Below, piece after piece: positions 54,591 to 64,000 of a stretch of 64,000 nucleotides of DNA. A model generated the notes under the pieces. It was not told where the DNA came from. It saw only the letters and a program-made list of their open reading frames with translations, and made no database searches. The position numbers were made by a program, and so were the translations under genes. Origin of the DNA: Octopus sinensis (taxonomy: Eukaryota); the NCBI RefSeq assembly GCF_006345805.1, contig NC_043002.1, forward strand, positions 116,746,001-116,810,000, given 5' to 3'. The first letter of the stretch is position 1. Every line of letters starts with the position of its first letter.

Positions 54591-56399
54591 TCTGTTTTGT
54601 TGATGCTCTTATTATCTATAATATTAATGATATGTTACATGGGGAAATGGCTAATTGAAGGAAGAAGTTAAGAGAGAAAGAGAGAGCAGAAATAGTGTGT
54701 AGCGGAGGGTAAAGTCGTAGCAGTTAGGAGCAGTAGATAAGGAACATTATTATGTTCAACGCTTAAAAGCTTGGGTTCAGAAAGAGGGATAAAACAGAGA
54801 GAGTGTGTGAGGGCTAGAGAGAAATAAATAGTACCAGTGAGGAAAGGGGGCGCTGCAGTGATATCATCATATGCGCACATGTGCCATATACTGACAAGCG
54901 TTAATAGCCGTTAAAATGGTGGTGCTTTCATCAGCAGGGATATTAGTTAATGAAGATGAGGACGATGAAAAGTGTACATCATTATTACCGTGTGCTTGAG
55001 TCTGCATTTTTATATGTTGTGACATAACCAGGAATTGATTACTTAGTGTTAGTGCATCTTTGTTTCTTGTTGTGATTGTCTTTGTCGACGCATATTGCTT
55101 CTTCATTTGTTACATCTATAAACTTAACGTCTATTTTTCCAGCTATATTACCTTGTAATAAATTTTGACACTTGCATCCATCGTCACACGATTTTCTAAT
55201 GTTCCATCACCAGTTTTAAGAAGCCACGTCGAAAATTCATTCTTCTCACTACATTCATGTCACTGAGATTTAATTTTTTTCTTCTCCAAATTGGTAAACG
55301 CTGATATAATCAAGTGCTGATGATATCAGCATTTGAACTTGTTCAAATAACGTATACCGTTTAACAGAAGTCCCCGCCAGGATTGTCATTTCCTATTATC
55401 TCTTTTCTAGGTGTATTAATTACTCTGAAAGCAATTGATGATAACAGAACCTTATCGATTATGAGGAAAGAGACCTGAAGGATAAAATTAGAGTGAAAGG
55501 AAGGAATTTTCGTGGAAACGTTGATGTATCCAGGGTAGGCATCGTTATTATTATTGTTATTGTTGTTCTTATTATTCTGATTGCTCCCGCGGCCTACCTA
55601 TTTTGCCTGTGTTTTGTGTGCCGTACATCCTCATATAAATCTGCGGATATTTCTGTGGTTTTAAAGGGGAGAACTGTTTTCTGCTCGCCTCAAGTAGCCA
55701 GTTAATTTATTGTAGAAACATATTTTTGCCAGATTCTCCTGTCCTGTCAATAAGGAAAAATATTTGATCAACAGTTTCATCATTGACCACAAAGATAATA
55801 CATTGCAATATTTTCCTGTTCACTAACATTTGAGCTTTCGTAGACTTCCTCAGTTAAACGGAATAAACAAATGGAAAAAGGAAGCCCCAGAGAACATGAA
55901 TAGGAAAACAAGCAAATGTGTGATAATCTATCGGTTCTATATATTTATCTATCTGTCTGTTGATCGATCCACCAATCTATTTGTCGGTCTAATTAACTAT
56001 CATATCTACTTTCCCTTCTGCTAATGCAGTGTACTTGCCTACTCTCAGTAACAAACCCAATAACAATAACAAAATAAAAAAAAAAGAAAAATGGTACGTG
56101 GTGGTGATCTAGCATGGTTACAACCTTTGTTCTGGAACTGGTAAAATTTAAAAACGCAACATTCATAGCTATTTGCTAACTAAGGTTATTTCACTTTAAT
56201 TTCTTTATCCTCCGATATCTCTTTCAATGCATAAATTTACAGATCTGCATGACATCGCTTCATAATGTTAAACATTTCGATTGGGCGTGCGATGTGAACA
56301 CACACATTCAGTTGGCATCATCTTTATTTAACTCTATTTCATTCTCTTTCACCATCTCTCTTTCTACTTTTCCAGTTATTTCACCATTTCTGTTTCCCT

Positions 56400-56950
56400 C
56401 TTTGTCTCTCCATCTCCTCTCCTCTCTTTCTCTCTCTCTCATATACCCACCTTCCCCTCCCACCATAAACCCACCCACCCCTACTTCACCTTCCCTATTC
56501 TTCCCTCCTCCCCCACTCTACCCCCACTCTCCACCACATACCTCACCCCTATCCCACCCCCCTGCCCCACATACCTCACCTCTAACCCCACCCTCACCCT
56601 CTACCTACCCACAACCCCCACTCTACCCCAACCCCCAGCCGAACACACCCCCCACCTGTGCTTTCCCTACTCTTGCCTCCCCCACCGCCCCACAACATCA
56701 CACCACACCACACTACACCCTACAACATCACATGCCTCCCTCACCTCCCCACAACACCACACCACACTACACTACACCATACAACATTACACATCACATC
56801 ACAACACACCACCCACACACCCATCCCCACATCTTTACACCTACACGTACATACACATACACGTCCAGATCATCAGCCCTCTTTCACACGCACATACATA
56901 CTCTCTTATACACACACACACCTGACCCTGTTATCTCCCCTACTGTCCCT
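56400..56950. repeat. C-rich, G-poor low-complexity tract
   Basis: C/A/T runs and (CACAC) motifs; source of ORFs 56249 and 56658. Confidence 0.85.
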
Positions 56951-56999
56951 CTCGCGTCTGACCATTGTCCGAAGTCAGGCCGCCATGATAGATCGTTAG

Positions 57000-57190
57000 C
57001 TACTATACGCATTTTTTCTCTCCTTGTTTCTCTCCTTGTTTTTTTTCTGTGTATCTTTCTGTCGAAGAGCGTAGGCTCGAAACGTAAAAGACTTTTTTCT
57101 ATTCCTGAGCGCTATACTAATACATCTGTTTGTTTGTACTCCACCTGCCTTCGTCTTTTGTCTATTTTCGTAAACTTTCCCTTTATATAT
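57000..57190 (+). mobile_element. Short Penelope-type element with minimal hammerhead-like motif (57054-57091)
   Basis: TCTTT-CTGTCGA-A-GAGC-GTAG-GCTC-GAAA-CG-T-A-AAAGA. Confidence 0.65.
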
Positions 57191-57264
57191 ATATAATTAG
57201 TCATTAGCTCCCTTAATGTAAGACAGCGATAGAATAGATACTCTACAAGACCTGAAATATTGGA

Positions 57265-57445
57265 GGAGGAGGGTAGTCGATTACATCGAGCCCAGTGCTC
57301 GACTGGCATTTATTTCATCGACGCCGATAGGATGAAAGGCAAAGTCAACCTCGATGGCATCTAACTCAGAACCTGTAGACGTACGAAATATCATTAAGCA
57401 TTCTTTTTTTCCGGAGTGCTAATGATTTTGCCAGCTCGCCGATTT
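57265..57445 (-). mobile_element. SINE family 1
   Basis: Reverse complement of family core; ends gccagctcgcc. Confidence 0.75.
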
Positions 57446-57459
57446 AACAATGATAATAA

Positions 57460-57650
57460 TAATCATTTCTACTAAAGGCACAAGGCCTGAAAATTTGGGG
57501 GAGGGGACTAGTCGAAAACATTGACCCTGCAGGGCTCCACTACTTAGTTTATCGAACCCGAAAGAATGAAAGACAGAGTCGACCTGTGGAATTCGAACTC
57601 AGAACGTAGCGACTGGCTAAATACTGCTATGCATTTCGTCCAGCGTGCTA
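57460..57650 (-). mobile_element. SINE family 1
   Basis: ggcacaaggcctgaaaattt..gtcgacc..ttcgaactcagaacgt is the reverse complement of the family. Confidence 0.75.
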
Positions 57651-57838
57651 ATTTTACTGGGCCCCACCTGCAAGGTCAAGCGCTGTTTATGTTGATGTCA
57701 AAGCACCATATCGCACAGATATGGCTGTGATGCATGCTCCTGGTGTACCCCTATCAGACGGGTAGTCATGATGTGTGTATTGGGCTTCGTATATTTTATC
57801 CCAGTGTCACTTTGATGGCATGTGTTGCTCTCTCACTT
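57651..57838 (+). mobile_element. 5'-truncated copy of the 17884 element
   Basis: ctgggccccacctgcaaggtca..cagacgggtagtcatgat..cagtgtcactttgatggcatg matches 18160-18344. Confidence 0.8.
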
Positions 57839-57848
57839 AATAATGATG

Positions 57849-57894
<46 letters not shown>

Positions 57895-57923
57895 TAATAA
57901 TAATAATAATGATAATAATAATA

Positions 57924-57968
<45 letters not shown>

Positions 57969-58010
57969 TAATAATAATAATAATGATAATAATAATAATA
58001 ATAATAATAA

Positions 58011-58048
<38 letters not shown>

Positions 58049-58102
58049 TAATAATAATAATAATGATAATAATAAATAATAATGATAATAATAATAATAA
58101 TA

Positions 58103-58135
<33 letters not shown>

Positions 58136-58168
58136 ATAATAATAATAATGATAATAATAATAATAATG

Positions 58169-58214
<46 letters not shown>

Positions 58215-58231
58215 TAATAATAATAATAATG

Positions 58232-58289
<58 letters not shown>

Positions 58290-58320
58290 GAAGAAGAAGA
58301 AGAAGAAGAAGAAGGAGAAG
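57839..58320 (+). repeat. Long (AAT)/(GAT)n tract ending in (AAG)n
   Basis: Directly visible. Confidence 0.95.
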
Positions 58321-59700
58321 CATATGACATGGTCCCACACTCGTGGATTATTGAATGACTTAAAATGCTTAAGGTTTCCCACAATATCCTGAAGTTAATA
58401 CAAAACTCAATGGCAACGTTGCGAACTGAACTCATAGCATAGGGAGATAAGCTGGTGGAGTTAAATTTCAAAAGTAAAAACTATGGGATCAAGCTGGAAA
58501 GTGGTGAAACTATAAAGGAAGTCAGATAGGGAGCACGCATATACCTGGGTATCATTGAAAGAGATAAGATGACTGTACACAAGATGAAAGAAATGTATCG
58601 GAAAGAATATGTGAGGAGAACTGGGCTTGAACTCCAATCGAAGCTAAATGGCCGCTACAAGATTAGAGCTTTGATGAGATAAGGGGCAGGAATGGAATCT
58701 TGGAAGAAGCATGAATTACAAGAGATAGACCCGAGAACACGTAAATTAATGACAATGAACAAGGAACTACAGCCCAAGAGTGATGTGTCGAGATTGTATG
58801 CAAAGAGGAAACAAGGCGCACGGGGATTGGTGTGTGGTGAAGGTTGTGTCAGGGAAGAGGAGAATAGCCCGGCTTGGTCTGTCAAGGGAAGTAAAGAAAA
58901 AGATTATTGAAGCAGGAAACCTAAAAGTGACAATTTAAGAAAGACTAGAGAGAGCATACAGATGCAGAAAATTTGGCAGGAAAAGAAAATGTACAGTGTG
59001 TTTTTGAAGAATAAAGATGAGATTGATTGGAATAGAATCTGGCAATGGCTACAGAAAGGAGACTTAAAAGGGCCCACTGAGGCATTTGTGTGCAGCGCTC
59101 AAGAACAAATTCTCAGAAAAATCTACTCCAAATAGCATATTGATAAAAGCACTGACTCGCTACAGAGTAGGATGTGCACTGAGAAGGGAGAAAGTATAAG
59201 CCATATAGTTAGTGTGTGCTGTAAGCTCGCACAACGCGAATACAAAAGGAGACACGACAACGTGGCCAGATATATCCACTGGTTGTTTTACGGTAAAGCA
59301 AACCTCGAGAGAGCCGAACAATGGTATGAACACAATTCAGAGAGAGTAAAGGAAAACGAACATTAGAAAATACTGTGGGATTTTAACATGCAGTTCAACC
59401 AAGTCATAGAGGCGAGACAACCAGATATCGTACTCATCCATAAAGATGAAAAAGAAGTAAAGATAATAAATTTTGCATTAGTGAAATGTAAAGAAACAGA
59501 AAAGACTAAGAAATACCAGCCACTGCGGGACGCGATAGGAAAGTTATGGGACATGAGGAAAGTAATGGTGATACTTGTGGTAATTGGAGTATTAGGAGCA
59601 GTTTCCAAGGGCTTTGAAAAACATATTAAGAATATTGGAGCTGCTGTCAGGCTCGAGGTGATCCAGAAGAGATACAGCTCGCATTCTTAGACGAGTATAG
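58320..59700 (+). mobile_element. Degenerate Dong/R4 LINE (RT to RLE) with internal deletions
   Basis: AYDMVPHSWII, PKSDVSRLYAKRKQGARGL, ESISHIVSVC..EYKRRHDNVA, RQPDIV, VVIGVLG. Confidence 0.85.
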
Positions 59701-59859
59701 TCAGTAGTTATGTCTTTAAATCAACTATATTAATGAAAATAAATAAAGGCTTAAGTCTTAATCTTATAAAGACACAAAGTAGTAGCCAAGTAGCTAAATT
59801 GATGGATAGATGGATGGATGGACGGACGGTTGGATGGGTAGGTTTTGGGTGGCTAGATG

Positions 59860-60095
59860 CATGATAGGAACACTGTATCTTTTTATATGTTTCAGTCATT
59901 GGACTGGGGTCATGCCAGGGTACCACATTCAAGGGTTTAGTCGAACAAATCGAAACCAGTACTTATTTGTTTAGGCCCGATACTTATTCTGTCGGTCTCT
60001 TTAACGACAATTTTAAGCTACGGGGACGTACACAAACCAGCATCGCTTGCCAAGTGGTGGTGGTGGTGGTGGGCTACAAACACAAAGACACACAA
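59860..60095 (-). mobile_element. SINE family 2, 3' part
   Basis: cagtcatt.gactg.g.tcatgccaggg.acc..tacttattctgtcggtctct..aagctacggggacgta is the reverse complement of the family. Confidence 0.75.
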
Positions 60096-60584
60096 TCATA
60101 AATATATTCGTATATGTATGTATGTATGACTAAGGACAGGAAGAGAGAAAGGCAAAGAATATAATACATAATCCAGATACAAGACACACATACACATACT
60201 AAAGATGTGGCGAGAATATAACATGAATAAATAAATATGTAAGCAAAAGAAAAAAACCTGAATGACACGGGTACAAACAGTGTAATAAGCAAAGCCATAT
60301 AAACGCACTCAAAACACACACATACTAAACACGCACACACGTGCATCCACGCACGCACACACATGCATACACGCACGCACACACAGAAATACTGGCGCAA
60401 ACGCGAATACAGACGCATGTAATTCTTTAGAATCCATTACATGTCCTCCAGAGTCTGTTCTTCAAGTGCACAATCATCTGAGAAGGGCAAATCAAAAGTC
60501 CATACATACAGCAAAATGACAGCCGTAGATGACCCTTTAAGTTTGCTTGCCAACAGCATACTTCACTAAAATAATGTGTATATG

Positions 60585-60668
<84 letters not shown>

Positions 60669-60711
60669 AATATATATATATATATCCACCACCACCACCA
60701 CCACCACCACC

Positions 60712-61009
60712 ACGTAACCGACCAGGCTATCAGATACTGCTACATCGCTGGTCACAATGCGCTTCGCATTGTTTTAGCCTTTAAATGACCCCACCCCGCC
60801 GGCTAAGTGAGCAGGCCAACAGAAGAAAGAGTGAGAGAAAGTTGTGGCGAAAGAGTACAGCAGGGATCGCCACCACCCTCTGCCGGAGTCTCGTGGAGCT
60901 TTAGATCCTTTTGCTCAATAAACACTCACAAAGCCCAGTCTGGGAAGAATCGAAACCGCTATCCTACGACCGCGAGCCTGATGCCCTAACCACTGGGCTA
61001 CTGCACCTC
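60712..61009 (-). mobile_element. SINE family 3, full length, tRNA-derived head, (GGT)n tail
   Basis: Minus strand gaggtgcagTAGCCCAGTGGttagg (A box) .. gGTTTCGATTC (B box); body matches 3533-3717. Confidence 0.85.
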
Positions 61010-61015
61010 CACACA

Positions 61016-61127
<112 letters not shown>

Positions 61128-61129
61128 GA

Positions 61130-61290
61130 ATTTGCAAAAAGAAAAACAAAAGGCGAAGACGTGTGTGTAAGCAATAAACAGATGTATTAGTTTAACGCTT
61201 AGGAAATGAGAAAATATTTTACGTTTCGAGCCTACGCTTTTCGACAGAAAGGAACACAGAAAAAAAAAAAGGTTTAGTGGCTAGCGATCT
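61130..61290 (-). mobile_element. Short Penelope-type element with hammerhead-like motif (61216-61252)
   Basis: Reverse complement ctttCTGTCGA-A-AAGC-GTAG-GCTC-GAAA-CG-T-A; same family as 57000. Confidence 0.6.
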
Positions 61291-61294
61291 ATCA

Positions 61295-61336
<42 letters not shown>

Positions 61337-61636
61337 CAAAGACGATCACACTGATGAGTTGTGGATAATTACGCAAATGAAATCTAGTTTGTGATTAATC
61401 TATACTTTGTATATTTTCATTCGTCTTGCTCGCTTACGTTTTGGCGTCTGCTAAATTTTCTTGAGAACATTCCTTTCATAGTGGTAAGACCATAGCGGAT
61501 CATCTAGTATAATGGATTTCCATTTACAGGTCATCCCTCTTATATGCATGTAATATGATTTTTTCTGAAAGTTCAGAATTTTCAATATGCTAGACCAATA
61601 TTCAATTTTTCATTTTCACCTTATTATTTTAAATTT

Positions 61637-61757
<121 letters not shown>

Positions 61758-62235
61758 GCATAAATGGGCACAGAACGTTACCAACGGTGCAGATAATATG
61801 AAATACGTAGACAAAGGAGTTAATTATTCGTAAAAAACGAGGAAAATGGAAAACAGGACAAGTAGACACAGAAACGGTCCTTCATCAGTTGTCAGGTGTT
61901 TATCTATTTCTCATTTCGAGCATTCAACGACAACACGAGTCTTCAAAGACAGTTGCTCCCATAAATTCTAAAATGAAATTTAGGATTTATGACGGGTCAA
62001 ATTTGGGAATAAAAACATGACAGTGGAGACAGAAGAAAACCGAACGTTAGACCAGAACGAGAGGAAAATAGTGAACGCTGAGAGAGACATTTTTTAAGAG
62101 AAAAGATAGAAGACAGAGATAGAAACGCATCCACTCTTTTGAACGTCCGTGCAGGAAAAGAAAGACGGTCACGTGAGGAAAAGAAAGATGAATTATGGTT
62201 ACGTGTGAGCAACGAGAGATCGTTGCTCACACGTA

Positions 62236-63140
62236 CGGCGTACAAAAGTTTCAAATCGCCTAAACAAACACATTGAAAGCAGTGAAAAGTCCCGCCTGAA
62301 AATAAAACTGTTAGAAATTGAAAATTGTCTGCAACTCTCCCATGAAAAAGAAAGAGCAGACAAAGAAGCCTGGGCTATAGACAACATAAAATCTAACCCC
62401 AGAGCTTTCTACAGGTATGCCAAAGAAACAGCTACGGTGCACTGTAGGATAGGGCCACTCCTAGAAAAGGATGGCACACTCACAGGAAATCCAATGATAG
62501 TAAGTGAAATACTAAATGAGCAATTCAAGAGTATTTTCACTCCACCCCTTGGGCATTTTCAAGTCAGCAATCCAACTGACTTCTTTACCACTGCAGATAT
62601 AAAATCAGAGGCAGCGATGATTGATTACATCAATATAAAGGAAGACGATGTAATAAAGGCTATAGATGAAATGAAAACAAACCAGCTACTGGCCCCGATG
62701 GATTCCCAGCAATACTTCTAAATGTATGTAAGAGAGTCCTAGCAAGACAACTGCTGTTCCTCTTTCAGAGCTTCCTTGCAGCTGGCAAACTTCCAAGAAA
62801 ACTGAAGGAAGGTAAAATATGCCCTATTCATAAAGGAGGTAGCAGAGCGGAGGCCAAGAACTACAGACCTATCTCTCTCACCTCACACATCAGCAAGGTC
62901 ATGGAACGAATAGTCAGAAGGAAACTAATCACCTACCTTGAAGAAAATGACTTGCTGCCTGACACCCAACATGGTTTCCGACCGGGAAGAAGCTGCTTAA
63001 CTCAGCTCCTACAACACTATGACTGCGTGCTGAAACGACTGCTCAACCACTCAAATGTGGAAGTGATATATCTCGACTTTGCAAAGGCCTTTGATAAAGT
63101 CGATCATGGAATGATATGTCACAAACTGCGTGATCTTGGC
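62236..63140 (+). mobile_element. CR1/L2-like LINE ORF2 fragment (pre-RT region to RT motif A)
   Basis: IKSNPRAFYRYAK, GPDGFPAILL, NYRPISLTSHISKVMERI, QHGFRPGRSCLTQL, IYLDFAKAFDKVDH. Confidence 0.9.
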
Positions 63141-63815
63141 AAAGTGGTAGTCGGTAGGAGAAAGGTCTGGAGAATAAGCTGGGTGGGGAAGAACTTCGTA
63201 GCCAAGTTCCCTCAACTTCTGGAGTGTCATTAGATCAGATTTAGGGAAGCTTTTCAGTGCATCATTTTGGTCCAACCACTGCGAAGAACGTTTTTCATTA
63301 TTGTACAGAACCCAATTTTCATTGTGAGTTACAATAAAGTCGAGAAATGGATTGGTCGGGTTACGGAGAAGAGACGAGCAAGCTTCATATTTGCACATTT
63401 CCTGATTTATATTCAAATCGTGTCTAGCTTTTCTGATTTTCCAATCGCATGTAAATGGCTTCAGGCAGTTTTCTGGATAACCTGAAGTTCTTTTGCTAGT
63501 TCTCGAGTGGTATTATGTGAATCTTTCTCAATGACGGTCTTTTTATTGACCGCCATCGATGACAGATGGGCGTCCACTATTCTCATGATCTTGAAGGTTC
63601 AGGTCAGCTGCTTTACGTCCTTTCTTAAAGTTGAATAGCAAAATTGCTCGAATAATATGCTTTGACAGTTCCATTTTAGATGATTTTAACAACGGTGAAA
63701 AAATATCAATGTTAATTTATTGATGCATCTGGGCAAATCTATGTCAAAACTCTGCAAAAATCCGGTACAAATTCTTCATGTCTCAAAACGTTGCTTACTT
63801 TTTACTCAACCTGAT
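63141..63815 (-). mobile_element. Internally deleted mariner, one TIR at ~63815, fused to the LINE
   Basis: MELSKHIIRAILLFNFKKG, SGRPS, IVTHNENWVLY, LGYEVLPHPAYSPDLSPTDYHF; TIR-like tatcaggttgagtaaaaagtaagcaacgtttt. Confidence 0.88.
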
Positions 63816-64000
63816 ATATTCTGAATAGAAATATATTCTGATCATAAGTATATGAGATAACACACAAACCACTCGAGCATTTGTTATATTAGGTTGAGGA
63901 AAACGTTCGTGCCCCGTGTTAAAATAATACTTTATATATATATTTTTGGGGTGTGTGTGTGTTCATTCAGTTCATGCTATGTTCAGTGGTGACTGTTCGT

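Noticed and set aside
55493-55705. Single-pass membrane protein exon (VGIVIIIVIVVLIIL..CLCFVC)
   Set aside because: The hydrophobic stretch derives from a decayed (ATT/GTT)n microsatellite; the upstream acceptor at 55410 leads to stops in all frames.
56249-57196. 315-aa Pro/His/Thr-rich ORF as an extensin- or mucin-like gene
   Set aside because: Open only because the tract lacks stop codons; it runs through a repeat element and has no splice or domain support.
60930-61009. tRNA gene
   Set aside because: A/B boxes are present but it continues into a SINE body shared with 3533-3717, and there is no proper acceptor stem.

Overview
AT-rich, microsatellite-dense eukaryotic DNA with no convincing host protein-coding gene. 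I recognise the repeat families from memory as those of octopus or coleoid cephalopod genomes; this is not a database result. The window is a patchwork of mobile elements: at least three tRNA-type SINE families; three mariner relics; Helitron fragments; RTE and CR1/L2-like LINE fragments; Penelope-like relics and short elements carrying minimal hammerhead-ribozyme motifs; and many Dong/R4-clade (restriction-like endonuclease) LINE pieces, all on the + strand and mostly set in (AAT)n tracts. These include a young 2.4 kb copy at 44705-47151. The most striking structure is 49101-54465: a head-to-tail run of three divergent ~1.4-1.7 kb retroelement units that encode only an L1/Tx1-type ORF1 (gag-like; CCHC knuckle visible in the two units that retain that region). 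They share a conserved 3'-end/5'-start junction and have no ORF2. The run abuts an inverted relative that does carry the start of an APE-endonuclease ORF2. Most ORFs in the supplied track are microsatellite artefacts. Boundaries of degenerate elements are approximate (tens of bp), and all alignments were done by eye.
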